A stretch of 64,000 nucleotides of DNA from Promethearchaeota archaeon (GTDB lineage: Archaea > Asgardarchaeota > Heimdallarchaeia > Hodarchaeales > Hodarchaeaceae), in the NCBI GenBank assembly GCA_048938105.1, contig JBHLMN010000002.1, positions 320,001 to 384,000 of the forward strand, in the 5' to 3' direction. Shown in pieces: positions 37,973 to 48,197 of this stretch; within the stretch, counting starts at the first letter, position 1, and every line of letters begins with the position of its first letter. The notes under the pieces were generated by a model. That model did not search any database and had not been told where the DNA came from. It saw only the letters and a program-made list of their open reading frames with translations. Position numbers and translations under genes: made by a program.

Positions 37973-40335
37973 ATTTGGTTTTCAGAAGTTATCTCTTCTT
38001 GGTCATCTTTCATTTCCTTAGATAAAGGTGAGTCTTTCTTTACTTTCTTTGGATTTAACACCCGTCCACAATGAGTACAAACAGGATATTTTGTTCTCCA
38101 ACTGCCTCCACAGTAATGACAAGTTTTTACTCGCCTTAAGATACGATTGGCTAGTCTCGTATATAATCCCCATAGCAAAGCCAAAATTCCTGCTGCTGCT
38201 CCGATCCAAGCACCAATATCACTCTCTAAAAATAACCACATCAACCATTCAACTAAGAAATTTAGTTTTGTTTGTAAATGAATGGTCATGTTGGTCTCTG
38301 CAGGGTAGTATCCCTCTTTTTGTACCAAAAAGAAGCAAAATAAATCACTTTTAGTTTGACTAGAGTCAAGAATGATTGGATTTTCTCTATTAGAGGTATA
38401 GAGGGATTGATTAGTTAAAAATAGAGATTTATCTAAAGACTCGGAATCGATTATTGCATAGTATTTAATATTGGCGCGAAGTAGGCCAGTAGTATCACGG
38501 ACTTCAAAATAAATGGTAATTTTATCACCTTGAATTGGTATGATAGGATCGACAAGAACTTTCATTGTTAATGAACGAAGAACTAAGTATGATGCTTGGA
38601 GATTAAAAAATTCGACATTTTGATGAGAAAGATGTATTGAGAATGTAAAGGGTCCTTCCTGCGAAATCGAGAAATTATAATGAGTAGAATAATTTGCTTC
38701 AGCTGTTATTGTGGGTGTTGCTATTACTGTGTTTAATGATTCAGCAGGTACACTTAATAGAAGTTTAGTATTAATAGATAATCCAGAAGAGATTTCATTA
38801 TTGAGGGGAAGAATTTGAATAAATATACTCTGATTATCTCGTACAGTTATTGGAGTATTATATTCTAATGAAAGTTGAAAAGGAAAAATCGATCCTAATC
38901 CGTTGAGAGCGAAAATATTGGCTTTAATTAACGATCCTTGGGATGAATTGTCAAATAAATATAAACCAAGAGAGACTGAGTAAAAAGCATAGAAATATCC
39001 AGATGTTCTATTTACACTATTTGCAGCTTGACCACCTATTGAGGTACTATAGGCTTCTATTGTAAGATAATCCCATAGAAGGATAGCTAACCTTTGTAGC
39101 TGCTTACCAAAAGTTCTAAAATCAGGGGATAAAGTGGACGAAGAATACCAATTAGCCATTCGGGACAGTAAACTTATGAAAGCGAATTGATCACTGATGT
39201 ATATTCGGTTACTAGGATATATTGCTAAAGGTATTAAATCATAAGTTGTCATCTTATCATAATATAAAATGTCATTATATCTGAAGAGAACCTGTATATC
39301 TGTCAAAAGGCGAACTAGATTGCCATGGTACAAATTAGCGAAAAATGGATCGAAAAAATCATAAATTTCTCTCTCTCCCTCTGTACTGAAATCTTTTATT
39401 TGATTAAAGAAGTATTCTAACAGGTATAGACTGTCTCTAAAATAAAAGAAACTTTTGTTATTTTGATAATGAAATTTTCCTAAGAGCTGATCTCTTTCAG
39501 CATGAAGAAAACCAAAATTTAAACCCATATTATATGATAAACTATAATCTAAGAATCCCTCTTTATTATTCATAGTCATGTTCTCAAGATGAAAAATTCT
39601 ATCTGTAAATTCAAGAACTTTGTCATCAAGAGTTTTATATAATAACTCCTGATAAATTGTCATAGCCATTAATTGGTCTTGGAGGAAGGCAATTGGGGAC
39701 ATAGATCCTGGAATTGGAGTATCTGTCGGGTCTAACAGAATAAAACTTTGCAAGTAAGCAGCAGGAGGTTGTCCACGAACATTAAGTTCAAGCGCTTGCA
39801 TGATATCATTTACTATTTCAATTGAAGATGCATTATGGGATGTATCAAGTGTTAACAGCGCTTTTGCTATCCAAAGATTCATATTTGTAGAAACATTTCT
39901 ATTCCCATCTTTCAAAATGTAAAAAAGGCCTTCAACGGTTTTAGCCAGTGTTTCCTTGGAGTTTATCAGATCCGTTGTGAGAATAAGATCAAAATCTGAA
40001 AGAATTTCATCTGATATTTGTGAGGATATCTGAACTGAATTTAAAGCAGTTACCGCTTGGCATATAATCTCTACAGCACTTGATAAATCATTTTTAAGAA
40101 ATTCTTTAACATTCCAGCTATCTATTAAGTATTCAATAACTTCCTCTTGTTGTTGTATTGCATTAGATGAGATTTGAGTTGTACGGGTAGTAGAACTGGG
40201 GAGTAGGAGTTCTGGATCAAATTCTCCCTGCTGGGTAAATGAAGAATTAATTACCTTTATTTCTAAAGAAGAAAGCAAATAAATTAGAACTACTATCAAG
40301 AGGATGATTCTCTTTTTCATATTTTTTTTTGACAT
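37969..40335 (-). CDS. Large membrane-anchored surface protein with C-terminal TM and cytoplasmic zinc ribbon
   Basis: N-terminal KKR plus hydrophobic signal; beta-rich Ig-like region; TM; CHYC...CTHC. Confidence 0.75.
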   Translation of the reverse strand: MSKKNMKKRIILLIVVLIYLLSSLEIKVINSSFTQQGEFDPELLLPSSTTRTTQISSNAIQQQEEVIEYLIDSWNVKEFLKNDLSSAVEIICQAVTALNSVQISSQISDEILSDFDLILTTDLINSKETLAKTVEGLFYILKDGNRNVSTNMNLWIAKALLTLDTSHNASSIEIVNDIMQALELNVRGQPPAAYLQSFILLDPTDTPIPGSMSPIAFLQDQLMAMTIYQELLYKTLDDKVLEFTDRIFHLENMTMNNKEGFLDYSLSYNMGLNFGFLHAERDQLLGKFHYQNNKSFFYFRDSLYLLEYFFNQIKDFSTEGEREIYDFFDPFFANLYHGNLVRLLTDIQVLFRYNDILYYDKMTTYDLIPLAIYPSNRIYISDQFAFISLLSRMANWYSSSTLSPDFRTFGKQLQRLAILLWDYLTIEAYSTSIGGQAANSVNRTSGYFYAFYSVSLGLYLFDNSSQGSLIKANIFALNGLGSIFPFQLSLEYNTPITVRDNQSIFIQILPLNNEISSGLSINTKLLLSVPAESLNTVIATPTITAEANYSTHYNFSISQEGPFTFSIHLSHQNVEFFNLQASYLVLRSLTMKVLVDPIIPIQGDKITIYFEVRDTTGLLRANIKYYAIIDSESLDKSLFLTNQSLYTSNRENPIILDSSQTKSDLFCFFLVQKEGYYPAETNMTIHLQTKLNFLVEWLMWLFLESDIGAWIGAAAGILALLWGLYTRLANRILRRVKTCHYCGGSWRTKYPVCTHCGRVLNPKKVKKDSPLSKEMKDDQEEITSENQI

Positions 40336-40854
40336 GTGATTAACCTCTTTCTAATCAAATTTTCTCAGATTGATGAATAGAAAAGCGGAGTGCGATGAAT
40401 ATAGTAAATTTAGTATTTTCTGGTGAAAAATGAAGGATTCTAAATGTCACATTATTAATCATTAAAACTCCAAATACATCATTATTAGGTTTACTAATCA
40501 GTTTATTTTTTTATCTGGACTTTCTATGTTTGGGTAATCACATTGGGAAATTAATCCTTCGGAGTGTAAGAGGAGTAAAAAGTGATTCCTGACTCATTAT
40601 CAGTACTTAACATGGCATGAAAATCGTCATAAGAAGTAGGGATAGTGTATTGCATATCTGCATTTTTATTAATCTTTAACAATAGATATTTTTCAATTTC
40701 AACCTTAGTCAGTTTAATTTAATATTATTGATACTAATTTAATTACTTGTGAAAGATCTCATTAAAAATGAATGATTTTATACTCAAAACTAGTTGCTTA
40801 AATTCGTCAATTAGATGACAGAACATGTCATATAAGATTTCTCGAGGCTAGGTT

Positions 40855-41856
40855 ATGGATAGAATCATAGAATGTGTACCCAATTTTTCAACTTCTGATC
40901 CTGCAGTAATAAAAGCGATTACTGACGCAATTAAAGCTGTTAGAGATATTAAGTTATTGAATGTAGATCCAGATGTTGATTATAATAGAGTTGTTATTAC
41001 ATTTGTGGGGACCCCGGAATCAGTTGGAGAGGCTGCATTCCAAGGCATTGCTAAAGCTACTGACCTTATTGATATGAGAAAACACAAAGGTGAACATCCT
41101 AGGATAGGAGCAGCAGATGTTTGCCCATTCGTTCCTGTCAAAGGAGTGACAGATGATGAATGCATTCAAATAGCTCATCAAACTGCTAAAAGAATCTCTA
41201 ATGAATTGAAAGTTCCTACTTACTTATATGCAAAAGCAGCTACCACCAAAGAAAGAGTGAGATTACCCGACATTCGTAAAGGAGAATATGAAGGATTACG
41301 TGAAAAAATAGTGGATCCTAAATGGAAACCTGATTTTGGGGAACCTGTCTTCAATGAACGTTCAGGAGCATATGTCATTGGGGCTAGAGATTTTCTCATT
41401 GCTTATAATGTAAACATCGGTTCCGAAGATGTAGAGATAGCTACTGAAATTGGCCGTACTGTTCGAGAATCGGGGTGGTGGGTGGAAAAAGATGGACAGA
41501 AAGTGCGAGAACCAGGATTGTTCAAAGGGATTCAAGGTATGGGAGTGACTCTCGAGAGACCAGATCGCAAATTAACGCAAGTTTCAATGAATGTAATGAA
41601 TTATAGAGGATTAACGAAACCCCATGAAGTATTTGAGGAAATCAAAAGACTAGCTACTGAAAAAGGCGCAAAAGTGACAGGAAGCGAAATTGTTGGTTTG
41701 ATCCCTCTCGAAGCTATTTTAATGGCTGGAAAATACTATGCACCAGATGAAGAAGAGGAAGATAGTTTAATTAAAATCGCTATTGCAAATCTTGGTTTGA
41801 GTGATCTTGATGAGTTCATTCCTGATCAGAAGATTATAGAGTTGATGATTAAATGA
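40855..41856 (+). CDS. ftcD: Glutamate formimidoyltransferase
   Basis: IIECVPNFS, DYNRVVIT, HKGEHPRIGAADVCPFVP, GARDFLIAYN, GSEIVGLIP. Confidence 0.95.
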   Translation: MDRIIECVPNFSTSDPAVIKAITDAIKAVRDIKLLNVDPDVDYNRVVITFVGTPESVGEAAFQGIAKATDLIDMRKHKGEHPRIGAADVCPFVPVKGVTDDECIQIAHQTAKRISNELKVPTYLYAKAATTKERVRLPDIRKGEYEGLREKIVDPKWKPDFGEPVFNERSGAYVIGARDFLIAYNVNIGSEDVEIATEIGRTVRESGWWVEKDGQKVREPGLFKGIQGMGVTLERPDRKLTQVSMNVMNYRGLTKPHEVFEEIKRLATEKGAKVTGSEIVGLIPLEAILMAGKYYAPDEEEEDSLIKIAIANLGLSDLDEFIPDQKIIELMIK

Positions 41857-42482
41857 CTAATGGAAATCTAGTTGATCTATCTGTTTCGGAATTTATTGAA
41901 GAAGTAGCATCAGATAAGCCAGCACCAGGAGGGGGAAGTGTAAGTGCCTTAGGTGGCGCTTTGGGTGCTGCTTTAGCAGTCTTAGTTGGGAAAGCAACTA
42001 TTGGAAAAGAAAAGTTCAAAGAAGTTCAAGAAGAAATGGAAAATGTGGTTTCAAGAGGAACAGAACTCCATCAAAGACTTAATAAATTAGTGGATGAGGA
42101 CACTAATGCTTTTAATCAAATTTTAAAAGCATATAGAATGCCTAAAGATGAACCAGACGTTCGGTCAACAGCAATACAAAATGCATTAATTAGAGCAGCT
42201 GAAGTTCCTCTAGAGGTCGCAAAGCTTAGCTTCGAGGCATTAGACTTAATATTGGTTGTTGCTGAGAGGGGAAATAAGAATGCAATTACGGATGCAGGCG
42301 TTGCCGCTTTATTTGCAGACTCTGCAGTCAGAGGAGCAATATTCAACGTTAAAATAAATATATTAAGTATTAAAGATGAAGAAATAAAATCTAAATTTAA
42401 ACAAGATATAGAAAAAATAATGATTGAGCTTTATTCTAAAAGAGAAGCAATAATAAAAGTTGTTGAAGCCGAGCTTGCCTGA
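41853..42482 (+). CDS. Formimidoyltetrahydrofolate cyclodeaminase (FTCD C-terminal domain)
   Basis: ASDKPAPGGGSVSAL, LVDEDTNAF, AAEVPL, GNKNAITDAG, NVKIN. Confidence 0.93.
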   Translation: MTNGNLVDLSVSEFIEEVASDKPAPGGGSVSALGGALGAALAVLVGKATIGKEKFKEVQEEMENVVSRGTELHQRLNKLVDEDTNAFNQILKAYRMPKDEPDVRSTAIQNALIRAAEVPLEVAKLSFEALDLILVVAERGNKNAITDAGVAALFADSAVRGAIFNVKINILSIKDEEIKSKFKQDIEKIMIELYSKREAIIKVVEAELA

Positions 42483-42538
42483 TTTCATCAATTTTTTCGG
42501 AGTTTACAATATATGTGCTCTAATCGGAGTTTGCTCTA

Positions 42539-43396
42539 ATGGTAATGATCTTAGATGGAAAAGCCACAGCACAAAGGTTGAGAGAAGAATTAAAAGTTAG
42601 AATAAAGAAGTTAGAATGGCGACCAACCTTAGGTATTGTTTGCGTTGGTAGCAGCCCAGCTTCAGTTATTTATGCTAAGAACCAAGCCAAAGCATGTGAA
42701 GAGATCGAAATTGATGCTGAGATTTATCAATTCGATAGAATTAAAGAGTTAAGGTTGATTCAATTTATTTCAAATAAGTTGAAAGACAAAGATGCGATAA
42801 TTGTGCATTTACCACTCCCAAATGGGATGAATACCGAGAAAATTTTTAATGCGATTCGTCCTGATCAAGATGTTGATGGATTACATTATGTTAATGTTGG
42901 TCGCCGATTATTTGATTATGAAGATGTCTTTTACCCTTGTACACCATTAGGGTGTATAGAGATCCTTGATCGCTATAATATTGAAATTGAAGGAAAACAT
43001 GCTGTAGTTGTTGGTAGATCTCATTTGGTGGGACGGCCATTAGCAACTATGTTAGAAAAGCGAAATGCAACAGTCACACAATGTCACTCCCGTAGCAAAC
43101 CTCTATCAAAATACACTCTACTTGCTGATATCCTTGTTACAGCAATTGGTAAAGCAAAACTCATTAAAGCAGATATGATAAAAAAAGGCGTTGTTGTGAT
43201 TGATGTTGGTATGAACCGTGATGAAACTGGTAAGCTTTGTGGTGATGTTGATTTTGCCAATGTAAAAGAGAAATGTAGTTTTATTACTCCAGTTCCAGGT
43301 GGGATTGGTCCAATGACAGTTGCAGAATTATTATCTAATACAGTTCTTGCTTCAGAACGTAAACAAAGGAAAAAACAACACAAAATATTAATGTAA
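42539..43396 (+). CDS. folD: Bifunctional methylene-THF dehydrogenase/methenyl-THF cyclohydrolase
   Basis: ILDGK, DVDG, PCTPLG, GRSHLVGRP, DVGMN, GDVDF, TPVPGGIGPMT. Confidence 0.96.
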   Translation: MVMILDGKATAQRLREELKVRIKKLEWRPTLGIVCVGSSPASVIYAKNQAKACEEIEIDAEIYQFDRIKELRLIQFISNKLKDKDAIIVHLPLPNGMNTEKIFNAIRPDQDVDGLHYVNVGRRLFDYEDVFYPCTPLGCIEILDRYNIEIEGKHAVVVGRSHLVGRPLATMLEKRNATVTQCHSRSKPLSKYTLLADILVTAIGKAKLIKADMIKKGVVVIDVGMNRDETGKLCGDVDFANVKEKCSFITPVPGGIGPMTVAELLSNTVLASERKQRKKQHKILM

Positions 43397-43462
43397 ATTC
43401 ATAATAAAAAAGAATGGGATTAATTACTCATTAATAAGAATATACGAGACGTCTGAAAACCA

Positions 43463-44257
43463 ATGAATCTATCTGTAAATGAAATCTATAATAAGAATTG
43501 CCTTGAAGGCCTGGATCAGATAAAACCTGAAAGCGTGGATCTCTTACTAACAGATCCCCCTTTTGGAATAGACTTTGACAAAGTTGGGTCTCAGTATAAT
43601 AGAAAGCAGAAAGAATTGGGACGATTTTATACAGAAATACATGGAGATTATTATGATTTTACCCTTCAATGGCTTCAAGCTGCTTGGAAAGCAATGAAAC
43701 CAACCGCAAATGGATTTATTTTTTCAGGATGGAATCGTCTTGGAGATATCCTAAACGCATTAACAGAGATAGGTTTTAGGTTGGTTAATCATCTTATTTG
43801 GAAATACCAATTCGGTGTTTTTACAAAAAAACGTTTTGTCACAAGTCATTACCACATACTTTACTTTACAAAGCTTGCAGCAAAGGAAGACAGTAATCGT
43901 ACCTTCAATCGTATATCTGAATATTCAAGTTCTCTAGGTAAACTATATTTTGAAGATGTTTGGAGAATTAAAAGGGACTATCAGAAGGGTGGGGAAAAAA
44001 CTCCAACACGGCTACCATTAGCAGTAACAGATAAATGTATTCGAATGGGGAGTAATGAAGGGGACATTGTGTTAGAACCTTTTTTAGGAAGTGGTTCTGT
44101 GGTCATATCATGTATCAAATACAACAGACGCTATATAGGTTTTGAAATTTCAGAAAAAATTTTCACCATTGCTAAAAAGCGGATTGAAAAAATGCAAAAT
44201 CATCTTGAGGGAAGAAGCTACAAGCTCGACGATTGGTTGATAAAACCTAAGAACTGA
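43463..44257 (+). CDS. Site-specific DNA methyltransferase (N4-C/N6-A, beta-type order), orphan
   Basis: Catalytic DPPF precedes SAM-binding EPFLGSG; no adjacent endonuclease. Confidence 0.9.
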   Translation: MNLSVNEIYNKNCLEGLDQIKPESVDLLLTDPPFGIDFDKVGSQYNRKQKELGRFYTEIHGDYYDFTLQWLQAAWKAMKPTANGFIFSGWNRLGDILNALTEIGFRLVNHLIWKYQFGVFTKKRFVTSHYHILYFTKLAAKEDSNRTFNRISEYSSSLGKLYFEDVWRIKRDYQKGGEKTPTRLPLAVTDKCIRMGSNEGDIVLEPFLGSGSVVISCIKYNRRYIGFEISEKIFTIAKKRIEKMQNHLEGRSYKLDDWLIKPKN

Positions 44258-44282
44258 ATTCTATTAACTTATGGGATGAATT

Positions 44283-45296
44283 GTGGTTTATCTAGTCACT
44301 GGTGGCACAGGATTAATCGGAAGTTTCATAGTAGAAAGACTTGCGAATGACACACATTATAACAATGGGGAATGTCGTGTAATTGTACGAACACCAGAAA
44401 GTAAAGCTGCAATCATGAATCAAGGGCTTATTCCAATAAAAGCGGATCTTAATGATCTGAACAGTTTAAAAAACGCAATGAAAGATGTTGAGGTTGTTTA
44501 TAACCTTGCTGCTGTAGCTTCTGATTGGGCTAGTAAGAAACAATTATTTAAAGTTAATGTGGAGGGAATGGAAAATTTATTGGAGGCTTGTCTTAATACT
44601 AACACTGATCCATTCCTAGCACATACAAGTTCGACTGGAGTTTATGGACATTTTATTCCTAAGATTCCGATTGATGAGAACTACAAATTTAATCCCACTA
44701 GTACATATCAGAAGAGCAAATATCACCAAGAAAAGGCAATTTGGGATATCTGTGATAAGGAAGGCTGGAAAAACTTTGGTATCCTCCGCCCTCCGAGTGT
44801 CATAGGTCCTAGAGATACAAAAACGATTTTAGGTATCTTTAAAGCAGTATATGAGCGAAAATTTCCCATTCTACGTAATGGAAGGGGGTACTTAACATTT
44901 ATTCACCCTCTTGATTTATGTTCAGCCTTGTTGCTACTTTACGAAAATAAACACCAAGCAAAAGGCCAAGCTTTCAATTTGAAATCATTTGAATGTCGTT
45001 TAATCGATTTTCTTGATTATATTGTAAAAACGATTTCTCCTCCCAAACCACCTAAACATGTCAGCTATCGAATGGTGTATACTATCGCTGTCCTTTCAGA
45101 GATATACGTTAAATTAACAGGAAGACATACTACTTTAAACCGTTATCGGGTTACTAAATTTGCATTATCACGGAGATATATCGATCAAAAAATTAAGGAC
45201 GTATTGGGTTTCAAGCCACAAAAGACCATGGAAGCAACCATAGACGAAGCATATAAATGGTTAGTTCAACATAATCTATATCCACCCGCTCATTAA
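44283..45296 (+). CDS. NAD-dependent epimerase/dehydratase (extended SDR, 3-beta-HSD-like)
   Basis: VTGGTGLIG, YNLAA, SSTGVYG, YQKSK, LRPPSVIGP. Confidence 0.9.
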   Translation: MVYLVTGGTGLIGSFIVERLANDTHYNNGECRVIVRTPESKAAIMNQGLIPIKADLNDLNSLKNAMKDVEVVYNLAAVASDWASKKQLFKVNVEGMENLLEACLNTNTDPFLAHTSSTGVYGHFIPKIPIDENYKFNPTSTYQKSKYHQEKAIWDICDKEGWKNFGILRPPSVIGPRDTKTILGIFKAVYERKFPILRNGRGYLTFIHPLDLCSALLLLYENKHQAKGQAFNLKSFECRLIDFLDYIVKTISPPKPPKHVSYRMVYTIAVLSEIYVKLTGRHTTLNRYRVTKFALSRRYIDQKIKDVLGFKPQKTMEATIDEAYKWLVQHNLYPPAH

Positions 45297-45469
45297 GGCA
45301 ATAGATACAATTATTCCATTAATACTGATATAAACTAAAGGATATATATGAGATTAAGCAAAACAGGGATAAGACATATGTTAAAAACAATCATTGTGTA
45401 AATATTATTTAAAGTAAGTTTTTTCATTTAAGAGAAGAGTAACTTCATGTTAAAACCATTTATCGAATT

Positions 45470-46399
45470 TTGCGGTCAAGGTTCTTAATGATGTCCTCTG
45501 AAGATGTTGATCCGATCGTCGATGCTAAAGTTCTGCTGATAGAGGACTCTCGTGATCATCAATTCCTATTTCTTAAGCGCTTAAGTAAGTTTGGCCTAAA
45601 AAAAGTTGTAGTTTGCGAAACAGGGGAATTAGGTGTTGAAAAAATTAAGTCTGATCCATCATTCGATATAGTTCTTGTTGATTACTCACTTCCAGGCAAA
45701 TCTGGGATTGAAGTAATTAGGGAGATTAGAAGACTAAATCCTGAAACACCTATTATTATGATCACAGGTTTAGGATCTGAAAAGATAGCAGTACAGGCAA
45801 TGAAGCTCGGGGTACAGGATTATCTCACAAAGGATGATTTTTTAACAAGTAACACGAACATAAAGCACATTTTCACCCAAATTTTATTAGAACATCGTGC
45901 TCAGCAGGAAATGATACTTGCTAGACGGTTAAAAGCTAAACCAGAACAATTATCAGTTTCAGTGTATAAATTTGGCCAGTTTGGTCCAGAACCGTTTCTC
46001 ACATCACATCTCCCTTTTGAAGAGTCATTTTCAGAAAGAGAAAAAGAAAATTTTCTCATAAAAATCGGAACTCATTATATGACTGCAACAGGTGCGGGAC
46101 ATGAGTATTCAAGAGGATTGTTTGAATTACCTGTTCCGAATTATGAAAAGTATAGAGGATTGGTATTTGGATTTCGAATGGCTGAAAAATATCATAACGA
46201 TGTACGCATACATGGGAATAAAGCAGAGAATTATGGCCTAATAGTAATCTTATTCCCAGTACTATATCGCTCGATTCTACCAAACAGATCAACAATTGAG
46301 AAACGCTTAGATGAACTTTTGTCAGCTTATTCAGATATGGGAGAATTAGATGAACATTTTATTGCCCGAACTAAGAATGTTTTCTTTGAATCTCAGTAA
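45470..46399 (+). CDS. Response regulator (REC) fused to an uncharacterised, possibly longin/uDENN-like, output domain
   Basis: LLIEDS, DIVLVDYSLPGKSG, MITG, YLTK; C-terminal domain begins VYKFGQFGPEP. Start may be ATG 45488. Confidence 0.88.
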   Translation: MRSRFLMMSSEDVDPIVDAKVLLIEDSRDHQFLFLKRLSKFGLKKVVVCETGELGVEKIKSDPSFDIVLVDYSLPGKSGIEVIREIRRLNPETPIIMITGLGSEKIAVQAMKLGVQDYLTKDDFLTSNTNIKHIFTQILLEHRAQQEMILARRLKAKPEQLSVSVYKFGQFGPEPFLTSHLPFEESFSEREKENFLIKIGTHYMTATGAGHEYSRGLFELPVPNYEKYRGLVFGFRMAEKYHNDVRIHGNKAENYGLIVILFPVLYRSILPNRSTIEKRLDELLSAYSDMGELDEHFIARTKNVFFESQ

Positions 46400-46506
46400 T
46401 AGTCGAATAACTAGGCTTATTCTATTATCAATAATGTTTTTTCTCCTTCTTTCGTTCGATAAATTAGATATATAAGAATCAAAATGAAACATTTTGTGAT
46501 TAAATT

Positions 46507-47163
46507 ATGAGATATATCATTGTGAAAATAATAGGAGTACCTTTCTTAATTCTTTTCATGAATCTTGGCTTCATTTTAGTAGCTAGGGAAGTATTCAGCA
46601 ATCTTTCAACAATAGTCCCAATTCTTCTTCTTGATGCATTTATCTGTATAGATATCATTATAAGACCAATTTCTGCAAAAAAAGATAAGTTTAATCGATT
46701 TATTAGTGCAATTTCATTTTTATTAATACCAATCTGGTTTACATTACCATATTTTGAGTTCAAAGTGCTAATTTCTAAAAGTCTTCCTTCCTTCATATTA
46801 AATTGTGTATCAATAATTGGAACTGTATTACTTGTTTTCGGAGGCCTTCTCTTGTTATTTAACCGGATACATCTAGGAAAATATGGCGGTCCAAAGCTTG
46901 TAATTGAAGAAGAACACCAGCTAATAACCACAGGTCTGTATAAATTTGTTCGACACCCTATGTATTCTGGATTCTTAATCTTATTTTTTGGTTACTCTTT
47001 AGCTTTCGGGAGTATTCTCATGACAATTACGATAACAACTGTTTTATTTCTAATATTTAAAACACGAATGGATATTGAGGAAAAACTACTAATAACAGAG
47101 TTCGGTGAAGAGTATTCTACATATATGAAGCGAACTAAGCGGTTGTTCCCTTTATTGTATTAA
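46507..47163 (+). CDS. Isoprenylcysteine carboxyl methyltransferase / PEMT family membrane protein
   Basis: HQLITTGLYKFVRHPMYSG, EEKLL..EFGEEY..YMKRTKR. Confidence 0.9.
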   Translation: MRYIIVKIIGVPFLILFMNLGFILVAREVFSNLSTIVPILLLDAFICIDIIIRPISAKKDKFNRFISAISFLLIPIWFTLPYFEFKVLISKSLPSFILNCVSIIGTVLLVFGGLLLLFNRIHLGKYGGPKLVIEEEHQLITTGLYKFVRHPMYSGFLILFFGYSLAFGSILMTITITTVLFLIFKTRMDIEEKLLITEFGEEYSTYMKRTKRLFPLLY

Positions 47164-47235
47164 TAATTGTTTTTTAATTCAAGAAAGACTAAATCTCAGG
47201 GCATTACACATATAGTAATTATAGGAGGTCAGAAA

Positions 47236-48114
47236 ATGGGAATAGAAAAAACTTCCAGTTACCATGAAGTTGAACTTATTGAAGAAGAAGCATCAGCTCT
47301 CTATGAGTTGGAGGAAATAACTAGATTGAAAATACCAAGTGGGAAATGTGGATTTTATAACTCAGGTTTCAAATTTAAAGACAAAAAAATTATCGGATTA
47401 AGCCTTCATCATAGAGAAATGTCCTATCTGCCTGGATGTATAGGTAATTTTCGCTACATTCAGAAATTGTATTTACGTGACAATCAACTAAGCGCTCTCC
47501 CTGATTGGATAGGTGACTTGCAAAATTTAAAGAATTTAGATGTATTCAATAACCAAATAAAATCCTTACCCAAGAGTATAGGAAAATTAGTGAACCTAGA
47601 GAGACTAGATTTATCACGAAATCAGACGAAGAAATTACCAAAAAGCATAGGAAATCTAAAGAGGCTTAAGAGGTTAGGCTTGTTACATGTTCAATTGGAG
47701 TGTCTCCCACAATCTATTGGAGAGTTAATAAACCTCCGAGATTTATGTGCAAACATAAATTACTTGAAATCATTACCTGAGTCACTTGGAAATTTAACCA
47801 AGCTTAAAGATTTAAGTCTTCATAAAAATCAATTAATAGCTGTTCCAGAAACTCTGGGAAACTTACAAAACCTAGAAGTATTAAGTTTACATAATAATAA
47901 ATTGACTTTTCTTCCTGATAGCATTGGAAAATTAACTGAATTGAAAACATTAAGACTTGAGAATAATCGTTTGAATACACTGCCTTTAAATATTAAAAAC
48001 TTAAAAAACCTTCAAAGTCTATGGATTGGCAATAATTTATTTGATAAGTTGTCTGACGAATTGGAAAACTGGATTAAATACCTGAAATCCTCAGGATGTA
48101 AGGTTAGGAGATAG
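47236..48114 (+). CDS. Leucine-rich repeat protein (about nine 23-aa LRRs)
   Basis: LxxLxLxxNxLxxLPxxIG repeats; GGAGGT SD before ATG 47236. Confidence 0.92.
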   Translation: MGIEKTSSYHEVELIEEEASALYELEEITRLKIPSGKCGFYNSGFKFKDKKIIGLSLHHREMSYLPGCIGNFRYIQKLYLRDNQLSALPDWIGDLQNLKNLDVFNNQIKSLPKSIGKLVNLERLDLSRNQTKKLPKSIGNLKRLKRLGLLHVQLECLPQSIGELINLRDLCANINYLKSLPESLGNLTKLKDLSLHKNQLIAVPETLGNLQNLEVLSLHNNKLTFLPDSIGKLTELKTLRLENNRLNTLPLNIKNLKNLQSLWIGNNLFDKLSDELENWIKYLKSSGCKVRR

Positions 48115-48197
48115 ACAAAAATCATAAAAATAAAAGATGCCAGAATATAATTAAGTTAATTTGTAGAGTTTACCTAAGAATCCCATAGTGATCAATT

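Noticed and set aside
40336-40854. Folate/purine riboswitch or ncRNA in the long intergenic region upstream of ftcD-folD
   Set aside because: No THF, ZTP or other riboswitch consensus recognisable by eye; an Rfam/Infernal scan would be needed.
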